A stretch of 64,000 nucleotides of DNA. Source: an uncultured virus (IMG/VR IMGVR_UViG_3300013109_000180) (lineage: Duplodnaviria; Heunggongvirae; Uroviricota; Caudoviricetes). The notes below the pieces were generated by a model. It was not told where the DNA came from. It saw nothing but the letters and a program-made list of their open reading frames with translations, and ran no database searches. Positions 38,459 through 47,377 of this stretch are shown here, piece after piece (the first letter of the stretch is position 1; every line of letters starts with the position of its first letter). Position numbers and translations under genes: made by a program. Location of the stretch: IMG/VR virus record IMGVR_UViG_3300013109_000180. One strand, written 5' to 3'.

Positions 38459-38686
38459 ATGGAATTAATTTTTCAAGTTATATGTATTGTGAGTGCAATG
38501 TTGTTATGGTTCATAATTGCTATGATGATTGCTAAAAGAACTGTAGGCAAAGATGCAAAAACATGGCAAATATTTACATATTTATTTTTTGCAGGCCCTG
38601 TAGGTTGGGCAGTAGTTGCAATTATGGGTATGATGGAACTTATAGAAAAAGTATTTCCAGGTTTATTTAAAGGGAATAAGAAATGA
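38459..38686 (+). CDS. Small two-TM membrane protein
   Basis: Two hydrophobic segments; AAGGA RBS. Confidence 0.65.
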   Translation: MELIFQVICIVSAMLLWFIIAMMIAKRTVGKDAKTWQIFTYLFFAGPVGWAVVAIMGMMELIEKVFPGLFKGNKK

Positions 38687-38862
38687 AAACTGGACCAATA
38701 AAATTTAAAACAAAAGATCGTAAGGCAGTAATAGTTGAAGAAACACATTATGTTGTAAAAATGTATGTGGGTGACGAATTGGTAGAAGAAAGATCAATGG
38801 GTGATCATAGTAAACGTTACGCAGAAGATTGTGCTGAGAATTGGGAAAACGGCATAATTTAA
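38683..38862 (+). CDS. Small hypothetical protein (59 aa, not in ORF track)
   Basis: ATGA overlap; ...HSKRYAEDCAENWENGII. Confidence 0.65.
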   Translation: MKTGPIKFKTKDRKAVIVEETHYVVKMYVGDELVEERSMGDHSKRYAEDCAENWENGII

Positions 38863-38876
38863 CTAAGGAGAGGTAT

Positions 38877-39017
38877 ATGACTGAAGATAAATTTAAAGAT
38901 TTAGATAATACAATGACTAAAATTCGTAAGATTCATAAACAATTAAATCAAATGATGCTACTTCTGGTTGGTGGAATCGGATTAGTTGTTGGAATAGAAA
39001 TAGGTAAACTATTGTAG
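38877..39017 (+). CDS. Small membrane protein (46 aa, not in ORF track)
   Basis: AGGAGAGG RBS; C-terminal hydrophobic helix. Confidence 0.6.
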   Translation: MTEDKFKDLDNTMTKIRKIHKQLNQMMLLLVGGIGLVVGIEIGKLL

Positions 39018-39026
39018 GAGATAGAC

Positions 39027-39539
39027 ATGGCAGATTTATATGTGACATGGGATGAATATAATAAAAAAGTAGAAGAGTTAGCAATGCAAATCCATACTGA
39101 TGGATATAACTTTAATCAAATAGTTTGTATAGCAAAAGGTGGACTAAGAGTGGGAGATGTACTAGCTCGTATTTTTGATGTACCATTAGCAATAATTTCA
39201 GTTGAATCATACAGCGGTACAGGTATTAAAGATAAGCAAGGTGGTATTACATTTAGCAGAGATCTTGCAAAAACAACACCTAATATAGGTTCAAGAGTTT
39301 TATTAGTAGATGATTTAGCAGATTCAGGTGTAACACTTGAGAAAACTCTCGAATGGCTTGAACATTATTATGGGTTTTATATGGAAGAAGTTAGAACAGC
39401 GGTTATATGGTCAAAAGCAGTATCAAAATTTAAACCATATTATGCAGTAGATTACTTAAAAGGGTCACCTTGGATTCATCAACCTTTTGAGAAATATGAA
39501 ACAATGAATATTAAATATACCAAGCAAAAAGAGGAATAA
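39027..39539 (+). CDS. Purine (xanthine/guanine/hypoxanthine-type) phosphoribosyltransferase
   Basis: IAKGGL, VLLVDDLADSGVTL, WIHQPFE. Confidence 0.85.
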   Translation: MADLYVTWDEYNKKVEELAMQIHTDGYNFNQIVCIAKGGLRVGDVLARIFDVPLAIISVESYSGTGIKDKQGGITFSRDLAKTTPNIGSRVLLVDDLADSGVTLEKTLEWLEHYYGFYMEEVRTAVIWSKAVSKFKPYYAVDYLKGSPWIHQPFEKYETMNIKYTKQKEE

Positions 39540-39542
39540 TTA

Positions 39543-40478
39543 ATGGCAACTGATTTGTGGGTTGAGAAGTATAGACCGAATAAGGTCGAAGAATATGTCT
39601 TTAGAGACAATTCACAACGTAAACAAGTACAGAGTTGGATAGATGATGGAGGCATTCCACATTTACTTTTTAGTGGTAGTCCAGGTACAGGTAAAACAAC
39701 ACTAGCAAAGGTACTTATATCAGAACTTAAAGTAGAAGGTGCTGATGTACTGTATATTAATGCGAGTCGTGATAACGGTGTTGAAATGATTCGTAAAAGA
39801 ATTAGTGCATTTAGTGAAACTATGCCATGGGGTGACTTTAAGATCATTCTACTTGATGAGGCCGATCATATTAGTCCAGAAGGTCAAGCGGCATTACGTG
39901 GTGTAATGGAACAATATCATGCAAGTGTAAGGTTTATCTTAACTTGTAATTGGCCCAACATGATTATTCCAGCATTGCATAGTAGATGTCAAGGATTCCA
40001 TATAGAACAATTAGATCAAACTGATTTTACTGTTAGAGTAGGTGAAATTTTAGCAGAAAATAATGTTAAGTTTGATATAGATACATTAGATGCAATGGTT
40101 CGTGCTAATTATCCTGATTTACGTAAAACTATTAATACAGTACAAATGAGTGTTATTGATAATGAGCTCACTCTACCAGAAGATGGTAGTAATACAGCAG
40201 AATGGCGTGTTAAAATGGTAGAATTATTCAAAGAAGGAAAAATACAAGATGCACGTAAACTTATTATTGGAAGTGCTAGAGCAGACGAGTACAATGAGAT
40301 ATTTACATGGTTATACAGAAACTTAGATTTGTATACTAATGATAATTTCCAATATGATAGTTGTGTACTAGCAATTAGAGAGGGTATGATTAAACATACT
40401 CAAGTAGCAGATCCAGAGATTAATCTAAGTGCTACTATGGTAGAAATTGCAAGAACACTAAATGGAAAAAATACCTAA
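39543..40478 (+). CDS. Clamp loader AAA+ subunit (RFC small / T4 gp44-like)
   Basis: LWVEKYRP, GSPGTGKTT, LLDEAD, SRC. Confidence 0.95.
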   Translation: MATDLWVEKYRPNKVEEYVFRDNSQRKQVQSWIDDGGIPHLLFSGSPGTGKTTLAKVLISELKVEGADVLYINASRDNGVEMIRKRISAFSETMPWGDFKIILLDEADHISPEGQAALRGVMEQYHASVRFILTCNWPNMIIPALHSRCQGFHIEQLDQTDFTVRVGEILAENNVKFDIDTLDAMVRANYPDLRKTINTVQMSVIDNELTLPEDGSNTAEWRVKMVELFKEGKIQDARKLIIGSARADEYNEIFTWLYRNLDLYTNDNFQYDSCVLAIREGMIKHTQVADPEINLSATMVEIARTLNGKNT

Positions 40479-41427
40479 CCTTTTACTTAATGTAAACTAC
40501 AAAGATACATGTGGTCAATCAAGTATATTACAACACTTATTGACCTATTCAGAAGAGGTAGGAGCGTTCCCACAACACCTAAATGAAATAGCAGAACAAA
40601 GATGCTTTCTATATAGAAATAAAGAGCTAATGATTAGCAATGCTGATCAGAATGCAGAGAGAGTAGTTGGTATTGTTAATTTATTACCTAATTATGCGGA
40701 CACAATAAACCACGAAAATTATTTAGAATTATTAAAAGAATTATTAAGTGATTGTACAGATATAGAAAATGAACCTATATTAAATAGTGATTTTAAATTT
40801 TGTTTACCTGGTAGTGTCGAAATAGGTAACTTAGCAACTAAACACCCTAATCAATGTATGTATTTTACAAAGCAACCACGCCCATTATACATATATGATC
40901 ATAATGTTAGGTATAATCCAGATAATACCACTATTATTAATGAAGATAATCTAGGAAAGTTAACTTTCCGTTATAATTTAGATCAAGATACATATACATC
41001 ATTTGATATGTTTTTGTCTAAAATGGGGAGAAAAATATCACATCGGAAGCCTAGTCAGGCAGCCAACTTTATCAAGGACAAGCCAATTGCGTTATGTAAT
41101 ATGGCGTTAGAGCGTGGTCTTGATTACACAATAGAAGAAGGTGTAAACCTTTTCACCAAAGAATTTTTGTCAGTAGGGAATATTGACGATTTTTCAGAGA
41201 TAAGCAATGTCATATTATTTGAAGTAAATGAGTTAACAGCTAATGTTAATACCGGTACTGAATACTATAAATACGTATGTGACAGCTTAGAGATTTCACC
41301 GAACCTCGAATTACTCGAAGAGTTCCATGATATATTTGTTAAAGCTGATACAAAAGATAGATTGAAAATAATTACTAGAAGCGATTTTTTAACGAATATA
41401 TTGTGTAATGAGGCCAATAAAAATTGA
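40462..41427 (+). CDS. Hypothetical protein
   Basis: 321 aa ORF overlapping both neighbours. Confidence 0.6.
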   Translation: MEKIPNLLLNVNYKDTCGQSSILQHLLTYSEEVGAFPQHLNEIAEQRCFLYRNKELMISNADQNAERVVGIVNLLPNYADTINHENYLELLKELLSDCTDIENEPILNSDFKFCLPGSVEIGNLATKHPNQCMYFTKQPRPLYIYDHNVRYNPDNTTIINEDNLGKLTFRYNLDQDTYTSFDMFLSKMGRKISHRKPSQAANFIKDKPIALCNMALERGLDYTIEEGVNLFTKEFLSVGNIDDFSEISNVILFEVNELTANVNTGTEYYKYVCDSLEISPNLELLEEFHDIFVKADTKDRLKIITRSDFLTNILCNEANKN

Positions 41428-41653
41428 TAAAAGTTTAGAATACTTTGGAGAGCAAATATCATACAAGGTCTCAGGAACAATAGAACAAGTACAGCAATTA
41501 GTAAAAGAATATCAACCTAAAAGAGTAATATTTACTGAAACTAGTAGATATAAAGACTTTGATACGTGTGTCGACCAAAGTGCATTTGTTCAAGTTTATT
41601 TACTGTTTGAGGAAGAACAGGCAATGCTTTTTCGTTTATCTAAAGAAGTATAA
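41408..41653 (+). CDS. Hypothetical protein
   Basis: 81 aa; ends FEEEQAMLFRL. Confidence 0.6.
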   Translation: MRPIKIDKSLEYFGEQISYKVSGTIEQVQQLVKEYQPKRVIFTETSRYKDFDTCVDQSAFVQVYLLFEEEQAMLFRLSKEV

Positions 41654-41654
41654 G

Positions 41655-41661
41655 ATAAATA
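41655..41661 (+). promoter_or_regulatory. Late promoter core (ATAAATA)
   Basis: Intergenic, upstream of 41700. Confidence 0.6.
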
Positions 41662-41699
41662 TTAGTAACTAAAGTTACTTTTAAATGAGAGGAAGTTGA

Positions 41700-42140
41700 A
41701 TGAAGAAGAGATTTTTAGTTTGGTGGTTGATTGTTGTCATGCAGTTAATCGGATTTGGAACCGCAGTTTATTATAATGCAATACCGTTCCTTCTAGAACA
41801 TGACATAACAAGACTAAGTTTTGTTATTATGACAATGTGGCTAATTGCAACAGCAAGTATCGGCTACAGAAGTTTCAAAGATAGAAATGATTTTGAAACC
41901 CCATGGTTCATTGGCGAGTCATGTATGACCGTTGGTATGATAGGAACCGTTGTTGGTTTCATGCTTATGCTTGGCAGTAGTTTTACTGAGATAGACCCTA
42001 ATAATGTAGAAAGCATGAAACGGGTTATTATTGACATGGCGGCTGGTATGAGTACTGCTCTATTAACAACATTATGTGGCTTGGTAGCCAGTTTGGGTGT
42101 TAAAGTGCAAGTAATTATACAAGAGCAAGAATATGCATAA
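41700..42140 (+). CDS. MotA/TolQ/ExbB proton-channel-like membrane protein
   Basis: GMIGTVVGF...GMSTALLTTLCGL. Confidence 0.8.
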   Translation: MKKRFLVWWLIVVMQLIGFGTAVYYNAIPFLLEHDITRLSFVIMTMWLIATASIGYRSFKDRNDFETPWFIGESCMTVGMIGTVVGFMLMLGSSFTEIDPNNVESMKRVIIDMAAGMSTALLTTLCGLVASLGVKVQVIIQEQEYA

Positions 42141-42807
42141 AGACGAAAACTTCTTTTCAGGAAAAAAAAGACGAACAGGTTCTAATTTAGCATTTAATGA
42201 TCTTTTATTTAATGTTTTAATTGGCTTTGTTATGCTATTTGTTATAGCATTTCTTCTTATTAATCCTATAGCAAAAAAAGCAGATATTCCAGTTAAAGCA
42301 GAATTTATTATTGTGCTTGAATGGGACGAGGATGCTACAGATGATGTGGATTTATGGGTCCAGTTGGACGATAAACTTCCAGTAGGATTTAGCAATAGAG
42401 AAAACACACCATTACATTTAGACAGAGATGATTTAGGTACAACAAATGACAAAATTGTTATTGACGGTGTTACACATATTGTTAAGGTAAATAGAGAAAC
42501 TACAACTATTAGAGGTATTGTACCTGGTGATTATTTTGTTGTAGTACATGCATATCATAAAAAAGAAATATCTATTCCTTATACAGTTACAGTTATAAAA
42601 GTTAATCCATTTAGACAACTATATAGTTTAAGTGGAGTACTTATGGTGGATAGAGAAATAAATAGATTGCCAGCATTTACAGTAGAAGCTAATGGCAGAG
42701 TAAGGTCAATATTTAAACATTTTAAAGATGTAGTACCAACTAGAGGACATAGTAGAGAAAGTGTAGATGCAGATTATATAGGAACCTATGGAGTAGGCGG
42801 AGAATAA
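42133..42807 (+). CDS. MotB/ExbD-like single-TM protein with extracytoplasmic YfaP/DUF2135-like domain
   Basis: AFNDLLFNVLIGFVMLF (conserved TM Asp); LEW...DVDLWV...LDRDDLG...PGDY. Confidence 0.6.
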   Translation: MHKDENFFSGKKRRTGSNLAFNDLLFNVLIGFVMLFVIAFLLINPIAKKADIPVKAEFIIVLEWDEDATDDVDLWVQLDDKLPVGFSNRENTPLHLDRDDLGTTNDKIVIDGVTHIVKVNRETTTIRGIVPGDYFVVVHAYHKKEISIPYTVTVIKVNPFRQLYSLSGVLMVDREINRLPAFTVEANGRVRSIFKHFKDVVPTRGHSRESVDADYIGTYGVGGE

Positions 42808-42809
42808 TA

Positions 42810-43394
42810 ATGGATATACTTACTGGAAATATGATTTATGGATCTATAGGTTTGCTTTTTGCATTGGCGGTACTTACTGTATATGCGTTAATACAATTAG
42901 GAAAAAACAATGTTTTAACATTTTTTCTTATTCCACTTGCGTTAGTGGCTAGTATATATACTAGTTATACACTATTTGCATTACAAGGAACTCCTATTAA
43001 TAGCCTACCCGAGGGCAACGTAGAAGTTGTATGGGTAGAAGTGCAAAAACCAGAAATCTTCTTTACAGTAAGACATCTTGGTGAAACAGAACCTACATAT
43101 TATGTTATACCTTATACAACTGCCAATGCTAAAGAAATGGATAGATTACTGAAAGCAATGATGAAAGGTCAGCGAATGGAAGGAGAGTTCAAAAAGGGAG
43201 AGCCTGATACAGGAGATTTATCACATGATCCTAATAGAATACATTTTGATGATATTGAACGTCATCCATTACCAGAGAAAAAACAAACATTAGAAAATAG
43301 TGGTGTAGACCATAGAATGATAGAAAATATACATGATCAGCCAGATGAAGGCGAAAATAGACCTCGTAATTATAATGACAATGATATACCATGA
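42810..43394 (+). CDS. Two-TM membrane protein, third gene of the ExbB-like module
   Basis: Two N-terminal TM helices; LQGTP...EPTYYVIPY. Confidence 0.65.
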   Translation: MDILTGNMIYGSIGLLFALAVLTVYALIQLGKNNVLTFFLIPLALVASIYTSYTLFALQGTPINSLPEGNVEVVWVEVQKPEIFFTVRHLGETEPTYYVIPYTTANAKEMDRLLKAMMKGQRMEGEFKKGEPDTGDLSHDPNRIHFDDIERHPLPEKKQTLENSGVDHRMIENIHDQPDEGENRPRNYNDNDIP

Positions 43395-43561
43395 GAGTCT
43401 ACAGAGACATTATCTACCAAGATGAACGAATACAGGTTACTAAGCCCTAGGAACTGGTGATATGCACATTTGCAGAATATATAGGCATATGCGTCAAAAT
43501 GGATATACAAAAGAACAGGCTAGAGCTTGGATATATATTTTAAAGCATGATTTAATTTAGA

Positions 43562-43587
43562 AGCCCTTGATATACAAGGGTTTTTTT
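43562..43587 (+). terminator. Terminator-like hairpin / palindrome
   Basis: CCCTTG-atata-CAAGGG followed by TTTTTTT. Confidence 0.65.
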
Positions 43588-43600
43588 GTGATTAAACAGG

Positions 43601-43629
43601 TTGACATAGCCAAGAAATCTTGTTATAAT
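43601..43629 (+). promoter_or_regulatory. Sigma70-type (early) promoter
   Basis: TTGACA-N17-TATAAT with ATCTTG in the spacer. Confidence 0.85.
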
Positions 43630-43661
43630 AGTAGTATAGAAATTAAAAAAGGACGGTTAAA

Positions 43662-43877
43662 ATGATTAGAGAAAAACAACCACAAAATGAGATAGTTATA
43701 GATTTAACTGGTCCAGATGGCAATGCATTTGCCTTAATGGCTTATGCTAAAAGATATGGAAAAGAACTTGGTTTAGATTACAAAACTATTATAACAGAAA
43801 TGTCAGAGGGAGATTACGAAAACTTAGTTCAAGTTTTTGATAATTATTTTGGTGAATATCTAGTTCTTGAGAGATAA
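43662..43877 (+). CDS. Phage hypothetical protein
   Basis: IDLTGPDGNAFALM...GDYENLVQVFD. Confidence 0.75.
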   Translation: MIREKQPQNEIVIDLTGPDGNAFALMAYAKRYGKELGLDYKTIITEMSEGDYENLVQVFDNYFGEYLVLER

Positions 43878-43882
43878 GCAAT

Positions 43883-44338
43883 ATGAACTACATCGAAGTG
43901 ACGGGTGGCACTAAAAGCCAGCAAGAAAAAGTTCATTCAATGGTAGAATACTGCATTAATAAGTTAATGCCTAGAATGCGAACTTTAGAAATAGAAGTTC
44001 AAATTAAAAATATAGAGAAAAAAGAAGATGCAGATGGCTATTGTTTACGTAATTCACCTAGAGATTTTGAAATAGAAATTAGTAATAATCAAGGTTTACG
44101 TAAAATGCTCGAAACTGTTGCACACGAAATGGTTCACGTAAAGCAATATGCACGTAATGAAATGAACGATTGGGTTCACGATGAAAAATATTATAAGTGG
44201 AAAGGCACTTCTGTACCTGAGAAAACTGACTATTGGGATTTACCTTGGGAAATAGAAGCGAATGGGATGGAAGTAGGATTATTCGTACGTTGGGCTCAAG
44301 AAAACGGTTGGGCTAAAAAAGCCTGGACACAAATTTAA
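43883..44338 (+). CDS. HExxH zincin-like metallopeptidase
   Basis: TVAHEMVHVKQ...PWEIEA. Confidence 0.8.
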   Translation: MNYIEVTGGTKSQQEKVHSMVEYCINKLMPRMRTLEIEVQIKNIEKKEDADGYCLRNSPRDFEIEISNNQGLRKMLETVAHEMVHVKQYARNEMNDWVHDEKYYKWKGTSVPEKTDYWDLPWEIEANGMEVGLFVRWAQENGWAKKAWTQI

Positions 44339-44592
44339 TTCTTTAATTTCTTAAAAAAATATTCATGTTCTGAATACTTAGTTCTAAGCCAATATTCAGA
44401 TTTACCTGTACTAAAAGTTTTAAAAATCTCATAATAATATCCAATCCATACAATTTTTTTACTAGTCATACGTTTTGGTAACCATGTCCATTTTCTTATT
44501 TCCTTAGGAAATCCAACAGCGTAGATTGAAGATCGGTCCCAATTCTCACCTCGTCTTTGTGTATCAATAAAATCTTTCCATTCTTTATCCAA
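44335..44592 (-). CDS. Hypothetical protein (start reassigned to TTG 44592)
   Basis: GGAG RBS; WTWLPKRM...IVW. Confidence 0.55.
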   Translation of the reverse strand: MDKEWKDFIDTQRRGENWDRSSIYAVGFPKEIRKWTWLPKRMTSKKIVWIGYYYEIFKTFSTGKSEYWLRTKYSEHEYFFKKLKN

Positions 44593-45754
44593 ATGATTTA
44601 TCTCCCGGCCACAATCCCATTTTAGTTCCAGGTGCTCTTTTTGGTATTTTACTATCAGCACTTGAAACACAAGCACCAGTTATACATTTAGTAGGGCCAT
44701 CAAACAATTTAAATCCTGTTTCAATATTCCCTAAAGGTTGATCCATACAACTGTATGAACGTTTTACACTTCCATCGGGTTCTCTAATAATTATACTACG
44801 ATAACCAGAACTACATTCCCAACCTTTAAAGTTATTAAAATTAAAAGCATTGAATCGTTCTGCTTGGTCCATATACCAAGGTTTACCTTTGCTATCTCTA
44901 AATTCTATTTGCATATGCCAAGGAACATTAGCACTTTGTTTTCTATATTCATCATCATAGTCAATTTCAAATTCTGGCTTAGGACGTTTTACTAATTGTG
45001 TTTGTTTTGCTTTAACTTCTGTGTATCCACGTTGTGGCATTCCGTTATGTAATCTTTTTAACATCTCATCAGTATACCCATCTACAATTTTACTTGCAGT
45101 AGGATCTGATTGAGGTTTAAGTGTTACATTGATTCCTTGATTATGAAAGAACAATGCATTTTCCCAATCTCTATCAAACCAATTTGGAACCATAACTTGA
45201 TTAATTGTAACCTGCACGTCATGTTCTTGGCAAAATATTAACTTGTCTGCAAAGTCTTGCATTTTTTTAGGTGTATTAACATGCTCTGTATGTAAACTTG
45301 CTGTAATACTTGCACGGTGAAACTTAGCCGCATATTCTACATATGTTTGGAACCATTTCATGTTACGGCTACAGTTTGAAGTCATATGCACACTTGTATA
45401 ATTTGTATTGTGTACATCATCGCTTAGATGTTTAAGCATATCAAGATAACCTGGATGGAACGTTGGCTCACCTCCACTTAAACTAAAATGAAAACTATTA
45501 AAACCACGTTCACGTGCTTGTCTTTTTATTTCATCAATAGTTTTTAAATTAAGTTTAGTTGGTCTATGGTCTTTCCTATCACTTCTAGCATAAGGCCAAC
45601 AATAAGAACATTTATAATTACAGAATCTACCTAACAACCAACTAACTGTAAATAAATCACGGTACAGCATTGTACGTTGCCCTACTCGTACAATATCATC
45701 ATACGGTGTAGCGGTAAAATCGTATTCACTCCATTTTAAGTCTTTATCTGTCAT
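44585..45754 (-). CDS. Radical SAM protein with C-terminal SPASM-like domain
   Basis: CNYKCSYC, SGGEPT; FKGWECSSG...SYSC...CITGACVSSAD. Confidence 0.92.
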   Translation of the reverse strand: MTDKDLKWSEYDFTATPYDDIVRVGQRTMLYRDLFTVSWLLGRFCNYKCSYCWPYARSDRKDHRPTKLNLKTIDEIKRQARERGFNSFHFSLSGGEPTFHPGYLDMLKHLSDDVHNTNYTSVHMTSNCSRNMKWFQTYVEYAAKFHRASITASLHTEHVNTPKKMQDFADKLIFCQEHDVQVTINQVMVPNWFDRDWENALFFHNQGINVTLKPQSDPTASKIVDGYTDEMLKRLHNGMPQRGYTEVKAKQTQLVKRPKPEFEIDYDDEYRKQSANVPWHMQIEFRDSKGKPWYMDQAERFNAFNFNNFKGWECSSGYRSIIIREPDGSVKRSYSCMDQPLGNIETGFKLFDGPTKCITGACVSSADSKIPKRAPGTKMGLWPGDKSFG

Positions 45755-47055
45755 TTATCCATATCCTCTATCGTGTTATTAAACTTTAAAAATTGCTCAT
45801 ATTTCTCTGTATGTTTGTTATTATCTATGCATGATTGTAGCCAACTAATAGCTCCATTTAAGTGAGCTTCTAACATAAAGCGTCCAGCAGATTGGCGGTT
45901 TTTCGCCGTGTTTAAGCTATCAAATACCCGTTTTAAGCCGTCTATTCCTTCTTTCAGCTGTATAGGGCTCAGAACATTTGCATGTAGGAAATCCGGGCTT
46001 TGCATACGGCTTGTATGCCATAATATGCCTAATTCAAACTCAATTGCTTCTGCTGTTTTACCTAATTCTTGTGCATTCATTCCACTTATACACGTGGTTC
46101 CTTTAATAACGTCTAAATTGTCTAAATTCTCTTTTACAAGTTTAATGTTCTTTTTTAACAGGTCCCAATCAGAACCTCTTCTTATTTTAGTATTAAGTTC
46201 CTTATATCCGTCTATGCTAATAGTGAGTTTAATACTTTTAAATTTCTTCCATAAGTCTATTATACTATGTTTACCCATTTTCATAATGCTTAGATTTGTA
46301 CTATATTTTAAAGTTACATTTTCAGGATGAGGTATGCTATCTAATATACGATAATGGATTGGATCCATTAGAGGTTCGCCACCAGCAAATTCAAGTTCTT
46401 CAATATGTTCCATGAGCTCAACTAAGTGTCCAACAAATTGTTCATCTTTTTCATATAAATTCATTACTCTAGTTGTTCTTAAGTCGTTTGCATCTATAAT
46501 TGTTTCAATAAAGGTTTGATCTTTTTTATCGTAGAATTTTTTTAATTTATCCCAATCTTGCATCCATTTTGAACTATCTTTTGGCCAGCACATACGACAT
46601 TTAAAATTACATACATTACTTAATTTAAGTTCAATAAGAGGAATTTTAAATTCAACTTCTCTATGCTTTAAGTAATGTTTTATATTTTTTATATAAGTTT
46701 TATTGCCCATTAAATCAGTGAGCTTGTTTAATCGTAGACTAACAATATCCATATCTTCCATCTTCCAACAATTCTGACATTGTTGTGGTTTATTTCCTAA
46801 TATAAGATCATCTCGTATTTCATTCATATACTCACTATGCCAATAATCTTTAAGATCAAAGTTATCATCTTTGACATTAGGATTATTCACATTTTTTCCT
46901 CCTTTTGGTGGGCGAGATCTACAGCATAGTTTTACTTCACCATGTGGTGTAGTGCTTACATGAACAAACGGTAATGGACAAAATGTATTTTTATCTACTG
47001 GTAAACCTTTTAACTTACCTACTGCGTGATCATAAAATTGTTTATAATTATCCAT
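45751..47055 (-). CDS. Radical SAM protein, N-terminal twitch
   Basis: CPLPF...LCC...CQNC; CNFKCRMC; AGGEPL. Confidence 0.92.
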   Translation of the reverse strand: MDNYKQFYDHAVGKLKGLPVDKNTFCPLPFVHVSTTPHGEVKLCCRSRPPKGGKNVNNPNVKDDNFDLKDYWHSEYMNEIRDDLILGNKPQQCQNCWKMEDMDIVSLRLNKLTDLMGNKTYIKNIKHYLKHREVEFKIPLIELKLSNVCNFKCRMCWPKDSSKWMQDWDKLKKFYDKKDQTFIETIIDANDLRTTRVMNLYEKDEQFVGHLVELMEHIEELEFAGGEPLMDPIHYRILDSIPHPENVTLKYSTNLSIMKMGKHSIIDLWKKFKSIKLTISIDGYKELNTKIRRGSDWDLLKKNIKLVKENLDNLDVIKGTTCISGMNAQELGKTAEAIEFELGILWHTSRMQSPDFLHANVLSPIQLKEGIDGLKRVFDSLNTAKNRQSAGRFMLEAHLNGAISWLQSCIDNNKHTEKYEQFLKFNNTIEDMDK

Positions 47056-47377
47056 CTTTACCTACTCTTAATCTATGTACATGATCTGGCAATGCTTTTG
47101 ATAGTTGCACATCTGCCGCACATATGCATCTAGGCTTATTACATATAATAGTTTCTTTTGGCATTTCGAATCCATCATAAATGTTTCCTAGTTTGCCTCC
47201 TACTTTACATATAGCTCTAAACACATCACCTGTATTACTGATAGTAATATTTTGTACACCTGCCCAACATTCCCAACCACGGAAGTCATTTTCATCACGT
47301 GCCATGACACTGTTTACGTTATCTTCTTTGCTTGTACCATCTTTATAGTGTACAATAATATTTTTAAAATTGCTCAT
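47048..47377 (-). CDS. Stand-alone SPASM-like Fe-S domain protein
   Basis: FRGWECWAG...GDVFRAIC...LGNI...CNKPRCICAAD; no CxxxCxxC. Confidence 0.85.
   Translation of the reverse strand: MSNFKNIIVHYKDGTSKEDNVNSVMARDENDFRGWECWAGVQNITISNTGDVFRAICKVGGKLGNIYDGFEMPKETIICNKPRCICAADVQLSKALPDHVHRLRVGKDG

Noticed and set aside
29614..40478. Bacterial chromosome origin for the housekeeping-like genes
   Set aside because: They are interspersed with a gp44-like clamp loader and phage hypotheticals, contiguous with a gp43-like polymerase and late promoters, and their normal operon partners (groEL, clpX, iscSU) are missing.
41700..43394. Zorya defence system
   Set aside because: The A subunit lacks the long ZorA tail, the B subunit lacks an OmpA-like domain, and there is no ZorC/D/E.
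43391..43560. Possible TAG readthrough ORF (MRVYRDIIYQDERIQVTKP*ELVIC...)
   Set aside because: A single instance with a competing 32-aa ORF in another frame and no supporting homology; left unannotated.
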